NCBI GenBank assembly: GCA_903873165.1
Contig: CAIQNQ010000103.1
Location: forward strand, 8,387 to 72,386
Direction of reading: 5' to 3'
Length of the DNA: 64,000 bases
Origin: an uncultured Methylococcaceae bacterium
GTDB taxonomy: Bacteria; Pseudomonadota; Gammaproteobacteria; Methylococcales; Methylomonadaceae
In this document: piece after piece, positions 49,544 to 58,118 of the stretch
How the letters are laid out: each line of letters opens with the position of its first letter
How positions within the stretch are numbered: position 1 is the stretch's first letter
Translations under genes and position numbers: made by a program
The notes under the pieces: generated by a model
Databases searched by the model: none
Seen by the model: the letters and a program-made list of their open reading frames with translations, nothing else
What the model was told of the DNA's origin: nothing

Positions 49544-52343
49544 GTCAAAATCTAAATATGTCAAAAGTGCTACTTTACAAGCTTTATGCCTATCAGCATT
49601 GACATTGCCAGGCCTGTCCATTGCTGATAATGCTGCAGGTACTGATGCCAGTATGCATGGTAAATCAAATACCAATTCAGCAAGTGAGACACCTAAACAA
49701 AGTCTTAAGCAATCAGATGCTTTTGATGAAATTGATTACCAATATACTATTTATCAAGAGGGTAAGCGTGATACTTATGATACAGCGCCTTACACTATTG
49801 ATAATAACGGCATCATGACTTCAACTGGGCCTTATAAATACCAAACAAATTTACAACCTATCACTGTGGATAGTGAGCATGCCTCCAGTCGTTTTCGGTT
49901 TGGTGATAGAACACGCTTTGGGTTTAATTATGTACAGGATGTTTGGTCAGGTGCTACGCCTTGGTTTACTACGGCGGCGGGCAATTTTATGATTAAAGCA
50001 AATCCTCAATCTTTAGTGGGAGCTACTTATTGGGCTAATGGCGCGGGTGGTGGGCAGTTATTTGATGCAAAGAATAAGCCATTAACCTTGGCCGCTTTTG
50101 ATACGAATACGAGTACTATTCTCGCAACCAGTCCTTCTCGTATTCAACATGTATTAGGTTATGCCTCACCTGAAATGCGTAATCAGGCGGATTTCAAGTT
50201 AGGATATGACTTTGATCATGCTGCATTGGATATTGGTGGTGGATTATCTGTTGAACGTGATTATCTATCGCAATTTGGAAATTTGGCAGGGCGCATGGAC
50301 TTTAATCAAAAACGTACAACCTTAAATTTTGGGTTGAGTTATACCAATAGTGCGACACACGCTACGTCCACCACAAATTCTTCTAGTGGAACAGTATTAG
50401 ATCCCAGTGTTAATGTCAGTCAACACCAAGCTATGTCGATGTTACCTGGTGATGTTCCTGTTTATGAGCAAATTATTAAAGGTACGCGAGAGGATGGAAC
50501 TATTTCTTTAGCACTTAGCCAAGTGTTAACTAAAAACTCAGTGCTTACTAGTGGTGTTGGTTATACACGTAGTAGTGGTTATATGAGTAATCCTTATAAA
50601 GCAGTCATGGTTTATAATATGGATCCTAATTGGCGATCGGATGGCGGCTCTGGAGCCGTGCTGCCTGATACGGCTTTTCCGGGAGTGCAAATGGCAACGA
50701 GTGGTGGCCCAGTTGCGGAACAGCGGCCGCATTTACGAAATCAGTTAAACTGGGATATCTCTTATCGGCACTATATTGAACCTTTAAATGCTGCCGGCAA
50801 AGTTGGGTACAACTTTTTTCATGATGATTGGGGTATTAACGCACACAGTTTCGATGCTGAATGGCGACAAGCCTTAGGTGATAGTTGGACACTTACGCCG
50901 CATACCCGATATTATTCGCAATCATCGGCTAGTTTTTATACCCCCTACCTTTTATATACTAATGGGGATGTGAGTCCACAAGATCCTGGTTATTTAACAC
51001 CTCTTGCAAGTCAGCATTTTTCTTCTGACCAACGCTTATCATCTTATGGTGCCATTAGTGGAGGGATAACTTTGGGTAAGCAATTAGCGCAAGGTTTAAA
51101 CCTTGAGTTAGGTTACGAATATTATGTCCATAAAGGCGCACTGGCAATAAGTAGTGGCACAGGAGATTACGCTGATTATCATTATTATGCAGCAAGTGCC
51201 ACTATGCGAGTTAATCTCGATCAACTGTCGTTAAGAGGCGGCGCTTATGATAATTACGGACTCTCGGATTGGTTAGGTAATCTGTTTGGTGGAAACGATG
51301 TTGAATCTATTAGCGCTAACTCAAGTCATCAACATAATCATGGTCTAGCTCCTGCGGGGGTTATGTTCTCTCACATGCTTTCTCATGCAGGTGAAACTAT
51401 GGTGGGTTATCGTTATATGCGCGATACGCAGAGTGGTAATTATTTACAGGGCGCTCAAGCGTTAAGTTCGACTCAGCTTACTAATTCTCAGGCTTGTATG
51501 CCATTGGGTCAATGTACTATGCTTTCTAATAGCATGGACATGAATATGCACATGGTTGATTTGATGTATGCTCCCACGGATTGGCTAAATTTGATGTTGA
51601 TGCCGCAGTTTATGTCAATGTCGATGGAAATGAATATGCCAGTTGCTATGTCCATGACTGCAATGGGTGGCGGAATGAATATGCCGGCTTTACGTGATTT
51701 TCAAGGCAGTGGTGGATTTGGTGATACTGGGGCGTATGCTTTATTCAAGCTATGGGATGGTGATGGACAACATTTACATCTAACTCAAGGTATCAGTGCG
51801 CCGACGGGTGCAACGAATATTCGTCAGAGTTCTCCGGGTGGTCCAGAATATTATTATTCTTATGGCATGCAACTAGGTAGTGGTACTTGGGATTATAAGC
51901 CTAGTTTGACCTATACGGGAATTTTGAATGATTGGTTCTGGGGTGGGCAGGTGAGTGGTACCCATAGATTGGAAAATTTAAATAATCAAGGTTATAGGCA
52001 GGGTGATATTTTCCAGACCACGGCATGGGGTGGCTATAAATTGACGCCTTGGCTTAGCTCTACCATACGTGCGGTTTATACTGCACAAAGCAAAATGGTT
52101 GGCACTCATACAAATGTGAATACAGTTGCTGGAGTACCTATGTGGATGCCTGAAGACAATCCAAGTAATTATGGTGGCTTCTTTGTTGATGTCGGCTTCG
52201 GTGCGACAGTGAGTATGCCTTATGGCAAACTGGCTGGTCATTCTTTAGGGTTTGAATGGTTGCAACCTGTTAGCACTAATTTCCAAGGCTATCAGTTAGA
52301 TAGAGCAGGGGCTTTGTCTGCGACATGGAATTATAAGTTTTAG
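49530..52343 (+). CDS. DUF3570 domain protein fused to a C-terminal His/Met-rich beta-barrel-like domain (copy 1)
   Basis: DUF3570-like motifs are present (VQDVWSGATP, GYMSNPYKAV, EQRPHLRNQ, FHDDWGINAHSF, RYYSQSSASFY, SSDQRLSSYG). A roughly 390-aa extension follows, with a Met-rich tract and a terminal aromatic residue (..WNYKF). The GTG start at 49530 (VAAIKSK..) is chosen by analogy with the paralog start MAVIKTP. This gives the same 14-nt overlap with the DUF4266 gene. Confidence 0.7.
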   Translation: MAAIKSKSKYVKSATLQALCLSALTLPGLSIADNAAGTDASMHGKSNTNSASETPKQSLKQSDAFDEIDYQYTIYQEGKRDTYDTAPYTIDNNGIMTSTGPYKYQTNLQPITVDSEHASSRFRFGDRTRFGFNYVQDVWSGATPWFTTAAGNFMIKANPQSLVGATYWANGAGGGQLFDAKNKPLTLAAFDTNTSTILATSPSRIQHVLGYASPEMRNQADFKLGYDFDHAALDIGGGLSVERDYLSQFGNLAGRMDFNQKRTTLNFGLSYTNSATHATSTTNSSSGTVLDPSVNVSQHQAMSMLPGDVPVYEQIIKGTREDGTISLALSQVLTKNSVLTSGVGYTRSSGYMSNPYKAVMVYNMDPNWRSDGGSGAVLPDTAFPGVQMATSGGPVAEQRPHLRNQLNWDISYRHYIEPLNAAGKVGYNFFHDDWGINAHSFDAEWRQALGDSWTLTPHTRYYSQSSASFYTPYLLYTNGDVSPQDPGYLTPLASQHFSSDQRLSSYGAISGGITLGKQLAQGLNLELGYEYYVHKGALAISSGTGDYADYHYYAASATMRVNLDQLSLRGGAYDNYGLSDWLGNLFGGNDVESISANSSHQHNHGLAPAGVMFSHMLSHAGETMVGYRYMRDTQSGNYLQGAQALSSTQLTNSQACMPLGQCTMLSNSMDMNMHMVDLMYAPTDWLNLMLMPQFMSMSMEMNMPVAMSMTAMGGGMNMPALRDFQGSGGFGDTGAYALFKLWDGDGQHLHLTQGISAPTGATNIRQSSPGGPEYYYSYGMQLGSGTWDYKPSLTYTGILNDWFWGGQVSGTHRLENLNNQGYRQGDIFQTTAWGGYKLTPWLSSTIRAVYTAQSKMVGTHTNVNTVAGVPMWMPEDNPSNYGGFFVDVGFGATVSMPYGKLAGHSLGFEWLQPVSTNFQGYQLDRAGALSATWNYKF

Positions 52344-52388
52344 CCTTCGCCTATAATAGAACAAGGCTTAATTGCCTCACTAGACACT

Positions 52389-53294
52389 ATGAAAGCCAAG
52401 AAGCTTAAGCAATTTAACTATCACTTTAATGCTATGGGCACTCAGTGTGAAATCCAGCTTTTTAGTGAGCACCCCGGCAGAGCCAATCGACTCGGTAAAC
52501 GCATTATTGCGGATGTCGAGCGCTTGGAGGCAAAATATTCGCGTTATCGGCCAGAAAGCCAGTTAAGCCAAATTAATAATGTGGCCTTATTGGGCGGTAG
52601 TATTGCGGTGGATGATGAGACAGCCGTTTTGCTTAATTATGCTGAAACTTGTTATCAACAAAGTGATGGCTTATTTGATATTACCTCTGGCGTTTTAAGG
52701 GGCGCATGGCGATTTCATGCTCAGCGCTTACCGACTCAAGCAGATATAGATCCCTTATTAGAAAAGGTGGGTTGGCATAAGCTAAATTGGCACATGCCTA
52801 GGCTAGAGTTTACTCAGCCCGGCATGGAATTGGATTTAGGAGGGGTGGTAAAAGAATATGCTGTCGATAGAGCTGCCACTTTATGTAGAGAAGTCGGTAT
52901 CAAAAGTGGATTGATAAATTTAGGGGGTGATATCAGGTTAGTAGGCCCCAGAGGTGACGGTGAGCCTTGGATAGTTGGGATTGAGCATCCTCGGAAACCG
53001 AGTTCTGTGTTGATTAATTTGTCCGTAACGCGTGGCGCATTAGCAAGCAGTGGGGATTATCAACGCTGTATTGTTATAGATGGCATTCGCTATGCGCATA
53101 TTCTTAACCCCAAAACGGGTTGGCCAGTTAAGCATTTAGCGGCTGTTAGTGTTATGAGTGATTTTTGCGTCGTAGCCGGTAGCGCCTCAACCATTGCCAT
53201 GCTTAAAGAGGAGCAAGGCCCTGAGTGGTTGAGGCAATTAGGTTTACCGCACCTGTGGGTCGATATTAATGGTAAACAGGGCGGTGATTTATAA
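52389..53294 (+). CDS. apbE: FAD:protein FMN transferase (ApbE family)
   Basis: FNAMGTQCEI, GLFDITSG, LDLGGVVKEYAVDRA, INLGGDI, SSGDYQRC...HILNPKTGWP and AGSASTIAM motifs. No N-terminal signal peptide is visible. Confidence 0.88.
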   Translation: MKAKKLKQFNYHFNAMGTQCEIQLFSEHPGRANRLGKRIIADVERLEAKYSRYRPESQLSQINNVALLGGSIAVDDETAVLLNYAETCYQQSDGLFDITSGVLRGAWRFHAQRLPTQADIDPLLEKVGWHKLNWHMPRLEFTQPGMELDLGGVVKEYAVDRAATLCREVGIKSGLINLGGDIRLVGPRGDGEPWIVGIEHPRKPSSVLINLSVTRGALASSGDYQRCIVIDGIRYAHILNPKTGWPVKHLAAVSVMSDFCVVAGSASTIAMLKEEQGPEWLRQLGLPHLWVDINGKQGGDL

Positions 53295-53334
53295 AGCAGT
53301 TTTGAAAATTACGAGGTATTTATTAGCTAAACTA

Positions 53335-54093
53335 TTAGGGCTGTTTCCAGCTTGACGTGGGTTTTAGATCGCTAGTTTGTGAGGCGATTTTTTCCACAAT
53401 ACTCATCAGTTCAACCTCATAAATCAGGACTTCATTCGGCGCTAAATGGCCGGGGGCACCCGTTTCACCATAGGCTAGATTGCTTGGTACAAACAATTGC
53501 CATTTACTGCCTTCGGTCATTAACAACATAGCCTCCTTCCAGCCAGGCACCAAGCTGGCAATCTGCACCTCGGGTACTTTTGCAGAGGTTAGCGTATTGG
53601 TTAATTCTTTGCCATCCAGTTGCGTGATTTTAAAGCGCACCTGGGCTGATTCTTTTAGTGTCGGTTGACGCGATGATTTGCCGGGAATTAGCACCTTGTA
53701 CTGTAAGCCACTGGCGGTCGTAATAACGCCTGGTTTTTGCTTGTTCTCTGCTAAAAATGCCTCACCTTTAGCCAGATTTAAGGCACCCATTTTTTCATTG
53801 TACTTTACGTGTTGTACAAAAACCCAGTCCTGGCCTTTTAGCAATTCGTTCGGATTAAGGCGTAACGGATGCTTGTTTAGTACATCATTCATACCTAACA
53901 CAAACAAACTCTGATCCAGTGGAATCTCGCTTTTTTGCAAGTTTTGCAAATAATTAACCCCTTGCGCATAGCTGGATTTTTGCTGATCTGATTGCAGGAT
54001 TGGTTCGGTGATAACCGATTTGGTAGGTGGCGTCGCTGCGCAACCTGTTAAAAAACTGAAACACAGGGCTGTGAAATAAGTTTTAGCTTTCAT
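53335..54093 (-). CDS. FKBP-type peptidyl-prolyl isomerase, lipoprotein (copy 2)
   Basis: Lipobox FLTGC, SYAQGVNYLQNL and a C-terminal FKBP domain (LIYEVELMSI). Confidence 0.85.
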   Translation of the reverse strand: MKAKTYFTALCFSFLTGCAATPPTKSVITEPILQSDQQKSSYAQGVNYLQNLQKSEIPLDQSLFVLGMNDVLNKHPLRLNPNELLKGQDWVFVQHVKYNEKMGALNLAKGEAFLAENKQKPGVITTASGLQYKVLIPGKSSRQPTLKESAQVRFKITQLDGKELTNTLTSAKVPEVQIASLVPGWKEAMLLMTEGSKWQLFVPSNLAYGETGAPGHLAPNEVLIYEVELMSIVEKIASQTSDLKPTSSWKQP

Positions 54094-54139
54094 GGATCCT
54101 CTTAAAAATAAAAATTTAAATAAAAATTAACAACCGTTA

Positions 54140-56884
54140 TCAAAACCCAACGCCCCACGTTGCAGTTAATGCGCCACTGCGTTCTAATTGATAGCCGTTA
54201 TAGTCGGTGTGTACCGGTTGCAGCCATTCAAATTTGAGGGTATTGCCGGCAAAAGTACCTGTGGGTACTGTCACATTAATGCCCAAACCGACATCCACAA
54301 ATTGACCGCCGTAGTTACTGGTAAATTGGCTAGGCATTCGATAGTTGCCGAATTGGTTATAGGGGATTGTACTGCCATCAGTCATGACTACGGGCTTGAG
54401 TACCCCATGAATACTGTCCTGCCAGGTATAGATGCCACGTACGTTAGCAGACAACCAGTTATTCCATTGATAACCACCCCATATGCTGCTCTGGAAGATA
54501 TCACCTAAGGCATAACCGGATTCATTGTGTTTATCTAAGCGTTTGGTACCGGTAGCCTGAGCGCCCCAGATAATGGCTTCCATTGCGCCACTGTAGGTCA
54601 AGCTGGGTTTAAGATCCCAGGTGCCACTGCCCAGTTGCATGCTGTAATCGAGTGGAATGATTGCAGCGTTAGAAGTGTTCTTTTTCTGCATCAGTGAGAC
54701 ATTGCCGGTGGGCGCGGTGCCGCCTAGGCTTAGGGTGAGCTGATGACCGTGTTGTTCAAATAGTTTGATCAGCGCATACAAACCGGTATCGCCAATGCCG
54801 CCGGATTGTTGATTCATTACGGGCATATCGAGGCCCATGCCAGTAGTGCTGCGTTTCATCTCTGACTGGTTCATTTTCATATCCATATCCGTCCATTGCG
54901 GCATTAGCATTAGTGTTACCCGGTCAGTGGCGGCCACCATCAGCTCCAGCATGTGCATATTCATAGTCATAGTGCTGGGTAACATCATGCAGGTTTGATC
55001 AGCGCAACCCTGTGCAATGGCCGTATCGTTACTGGCTGTCGACGTGCCAGACAGCATAGAGCCAGATTGTTCGTTACGCATGTACCGGTACCCCGCCATC
55101 ATATCGCCGGCATTATCCAGCGCATGATCAAACATGATACCGGCTGGCGTAATGGCATGGCTGGCATGGTGATGAGCTGTGCTGCTGCTATCGTTGCTAC
55201 CTCCATTAAAACGCAAAGCACCCAGATTGATTTTAAGTGCGGCATTGGCCGTCCAATAATCAAAATTATTGAACGCCTGTTCACTACCGCTACCACCACC
55301 CAACTTTAAGGCACTCTGATGCGTGTAATATTCAAACCCAGCTTGCAGACTGATGCCTTTGGCGAATTGTTTTGCTACGATGACTCCACCACTCAGAGCA
55401 CCAAAACCTGCCAAACGCTGGTCGCTGGAATAATAATCCGGTAGGGCTTTGGAATAGATGACATTACCTGAAGCATCATACCCTGACATGGTTGTCGTAA
55501 AATACGGGGCATAAAAATCCGCTGCCGATTGCGAGTAATAACGTACTTTGGGGGTGATTGTCCAGCCGGCACCTACCGGTTGCGCCCAATCGGCCTCAAA
55601 CGTATGAGAATTAATGCCCCAATCATCATGTGCCCCCGTGTAACGAGTATGCAGCGCAGCGTTGAGCGGCTCAATATAATAATGGTAGCCCAGATTGCCG
55701 TTGACCTGATTGCGCTCATGCGGGCGAGCCTCCCATTGACCTGCTCCGCTGTACATTAATGGTTGGCTTGGATCCTGACCGGGGTTGGCGTGAAACACAT
55801 ACACCGCCTTGTAAGGATTACTTAAGTAGCCAGTGCTATGGGTAAAACTCGTTCCCACATCCATTACGGCGTTTTGGGTCAGAATCTGGGTTAGGCCCAA
55901 ATTACCAGCGACATCTTGACGAGTACCGGTCAGGGTAGTTGTTTGTGCACCAATCATCCCTCTGTTAGGAAGGCTTGTTGTTACCTGATGATAAGTACCT
56001 TCGGTCTGAGGACTGTAGAAGTTACGCGTTGTAGTATTGCCATTGACGGTGCTGCCGTTAAAGGAATAGGGGCCACCAGCCATGTAAGTCACAGCAAATG
56101 GATCCAGGGTGGCGTGGGTATAACTGTTGGTATAGCTTACGCCGGCATTGAGGCTGGTGCGTTTTTGGTTAAAATCCAGGCGCAAACCCAGATTACCGAA
56201 GCGCGAGTCATAATCATTTTCTACCGAATAGCCACCGCCGCCGTTAACGCTGGCGTTATCCCAATCATAATCCAGTTTAAAGTCGCTTTGTTTGCGGGTT
56301 TCTGGCGAGGCGCCGACCAATACATTAGTCACCTGGTTGACTATAGCACCGGGTGTAAACGTACTACTCCCCGTATTAGGATCATAATGATAGTTTTGGC
56401 TATGAATATTATTCTGTTTGTCTATATAGAAAGGATTAGAATTTGTGTTACGTAACAGAGGTGAAGCACCAGTAATGGCATTAGTGACAGGGTTCGATAC
56501 CGGACTCGCTGCATTCGACACGACCGGCGCAGAGGCAATCGGTGTGGCTCCGGCCCAGGTATCCTGAGTGTAATTAAACGCAAACTTGACCCGGTCAGTC
56601 AGGTGAACACGAGAACTACCATGTAAGCCATCTACTTCGATCGGGTTTAAATAATTGGGTGTTTTACTGGACGTGAATGTGCCAGTAGGATTTACATTGG
56701 TATAAATATTGCGGTAACCTTCCTGGTAATGGCTGTACTGAAAGTCCACTTCATCTTCATCGGCTGCGTAAGCTGGGGCTTGCATTAGGCCGGGCAGGAT
56801 TAAGGCCGCTGCGGTTAATGCTTGTAAATTAGACTTGCCACGAGAGGGTGCTTTGGGTTTTTCGGGGGTTTTAATTACAGCCAC
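54140..56884 (-). CDS. DUF3570 domain protein fused to a C-terminal His/Met-rich beta-barrel-like domain (copy 2)
   Basis: 914 aa and collinear with copy 1, sharing FNYTQDTWAGATP, GYLSNPYKAV, EARPHERNQ, AHDDWGINSHTF, RYYSQSAADFY and SSDQRLAGFG. The tracts HHHASHAITPAGIMF and MMLPSTMTMNMHMLELM...MLMPQWTDMDMKM follow. It ends ..WGVGF. Confidence 0.75.
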   Translation of the reverse strand: MAVIKTPEKPKAPSRGKSNLQALTAAALILPGLMQAPAYAADEDEVDFQYSHYQEGYRNIYTNVNPTGTFTSSKTPNYLNPIEVDGLHGSSRVHLTDRVKFAFNYTQDTWAGATPIASAPVVSNAASPVSNPVTNAITGASPLLRNTNSNPFYIDKQNNIHSQNYHYDPNTGSSTFTPGAIVNQVTNVLVGASPETRKQSDFKLDYDWDNASVNGGGGYSVENDYDSRFGNLGLRLDFNQKRTSLNAGVSYTNSYTHATLDPFAVTYMAGGPYSFNGSTVNGNTTTRNFYSPQTEGTYHQVTTSLPNRGMIGAQTTTLTGTRQDVAGNLGLTQILTQNAVMDVGTSFTHSTGYLSNPYKAVYVFHANPGQDPSQPLMYSGAGQWEARPHERNQVNGNLGYHYYIEPLNAALHTRYTGAHDDWGINSHTFEADWAQPVGAGWTITPKVRYYSQSAADFYAPYFTTTMSGYDASGNVIYSKALPDYYSSDQRLAGFGALSGGVIVAKQFAKGISLQAGFEYYTHQSALKLGGGSGSEQAFNNFDYWTANAALKINLGALRFNGGSNDSSSTAHHHASHAITPAGIMFDHALDNAGDMMAGYRYMRNEQSGSMLSGTSTASNDTAIAQGCADQTCMMLPSTMTMNMHMLELMVAATDRVTLMLMPQWTDMDMKMNQSEMKRSTTGMGLDMPVMNQQSGGIGDTGLYALIKLFEQHGHQLTLSLGGTAPTGNVSLMQKKNTSNAAIIPLDYSMQLGSGTWDLKPSLTYSGAMEAIIWGAQATGTKRLDKHNESGYALGDIFQSSIWGGYQWNNWLSANVRGIYTWQDSIHGVLKPVVMTDGSTIPYNQFGNYRMPSQFTSNYGGQFVDVGLGINVTVPTGTFAGNTLKFEWLQPVHTDYNGYQLERSGALTATWGVGF

Positions 56885-57092
56885 AACCGCCTCCTTGTGA
56901 GTTATTTGCCGCTGAAGCTGCCTCGCGGCTACCGTAGTTATGCTGACTCAACCCGCTTTGCAAGGGATAAGGATCCAGTGCCATGTGTGGTTTGGCCAGG
57001 TTGCCGCGCTCCCAGGGCTGAACGCTGGTGCAGCCAGTGAGTACTAGCAGTACGTAAACCAGTAATAGGTGATGTAAAACTATTTTGTCCAT
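56871..57092 (-). CDS. DUF4266 family lipoprotein (copy 2)
   Basis: MDKIVLHHLLLVYVLLVLTGC lipobox, VQPWERGNLAK, HNYGSREAA and a terminal GGGCGCN. It overlaps the DUF3570 start by 14 nt. Confidence 0.8.
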   Translation of the reverse strand: MDKIVLHHLLLVYVLLVLTGCTSVQPWERGNLAKPHMALDPYPLQSGLSQHNYGSREAASAANNSQGGGCGCN

Positions 57093-57257
57093 GTATTCCT
57101 TTGAGTAAAGCGTTGCAATCTGCGATAACAATTAAGCCAAAAACTTTTTTAGAAAAAGCCGGTAACTCGTAGGAGCTACCGACTTTTTGGTAATGCAATA
57201 ATACCTACCGTTGTTTAACTTAAGCAGGCCTGTGTTATCGTTGTGATGACTATGGAT

Positions 57258-57971
57258 TTATTGGTCAATGAATTGATTCCAATCAGCTGCTGTAGTACCG
57301 GAACCATTGGGTACATCAATAAAGCTGTTGGGGTTAGCGCCAGTATTCACCCCAGTACCTGTGTGAATACCCACAGAAGAATCGGGCGCTGGGAGTGCGC
57401 CTACCGCCACGTTTTCGCAGTGAAAAGTGGCTAGATAATTAGTCGCCACACCCGGAGTATGAGAAACGGCGACGGTGTAAGTGCCGTTAGCATCTGCGCC
57501 TAAATTATCTTTTACCTGTGCCCAGGCGCCAGCATTGGTTCCGTCGCCCCATAAATTAGGAATAACAGTGCCATCGACCAAAATCCCACCGCTGTTAACC
57601 GGAACCCCTGTTGTTGAGGATACGCCAGCTAAAGGGGTATTTCCGAATGGAGAGCCGACGGATACTTTTACTTTAGAGGTGGCGCCACTAAGCGCAGTCG
57701 GAGTGCAAGTTGCATCGAGTGTTGAACAGCGATGATACGCCCTGGCCACAAAGCGTTTAGCAGCGGCTGTCGATTCGCCGCCGGCTGCCGCTGCACCTGC
57801 TGCGTTCCACGTAAAGCAACTGGTGTGATACACGTCAATCTCAGAGGCTGTGCCAGCATCCGCCGCCGAGAGTGTTCCAGGTGCTGTATGCGCCATACTT
57901 ACATTAGACAGGCTTATTGCACATAGCATAGCAGTTGATAATAATGTTAGTTTTAGAGTATTATTTTTCAT
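57258..57971 (-). CDS. secreted protein of unknown family, predicted to mature with N-terminal His (copy 2)
   Basis: The signal peptide ...LSNVSMA is followed by HTAPG. It shares the conserved islands TSCFTWN, VSHTP, FHC, GIHTG and a terminal FIDQ with copy 1. Confidence 0.65.
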   Translation of the reverse strand: MKNNTLKLTLLSTAMLCAISLSNVSMAHTAPGTLSAADAGTASEIDVYHTSCFTWNAAGAAAAGGESTAAAKRFVARAYHRCSTLDATCTPTALSGATSKVKVSVGSPFGNTPLAGVSSTTGVPVNSGGILVDGTVIPNLWGDGTNAGAWAQVKDNLGADANGTYTVAVSHTPGVATNYLATFHCENVAVGALPAPDSSVGIHTGTGVNTGANPNSFIDVPNGSGTTAADWNQFIDQ

Positions 57972-57992
57972 AGGAATCTCAATTTAATGGAT

Positions 57993-58031
57993 TAAAAAAA
58001 TGCCGACGCGCTATTTCGAGTTGCGCTCGGC
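57993..58031 (-). terminator. intrinsic-terminator-like hairpin between HEAT2 and the His1-protein gene (minus strand)
   Basis: The minus strand reads GCCGAGCGC..loop..GCGCGTCGGC followed by CATTTTTTT. The T-tail ends about 22 nt before the ATG at 57971. Confidence 0.5.
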
Positions 58032-58118
58032 CGGTACACTTATCACCATTGATAGGTGTACTTGCTTTTGCTGTCGGCGTACGGACTAGGTACGTCGACT
58101 ACAAAATCTTTGCTAGGT

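Noticed and set aside
52341-52391. The ApbE ATG is in the same frame as the DUF3570 copy 1 gene, separated only by a TAG and 15 codons, raising the possibility of a stop-codon readthrough fusion
   Set aside because: The barrel protein ends in a typical terminal aromatic signature (..NYKF) just before the stop, and the paralogous arm has no ApbE. The shared frame is most simply a coincidence.
54188-56455. Several long plus-strand ORFs (54188-54508, 54995-55309, 55529-55759, 55916-56455) opposite the DUF3570 copy 2 gene
   Set aside because: They are antisense to a 914-aa gene that has a clear collinear paralog. The elevated GC of this arm naturally produces long stop-free antisense frames, and no motifs are present.
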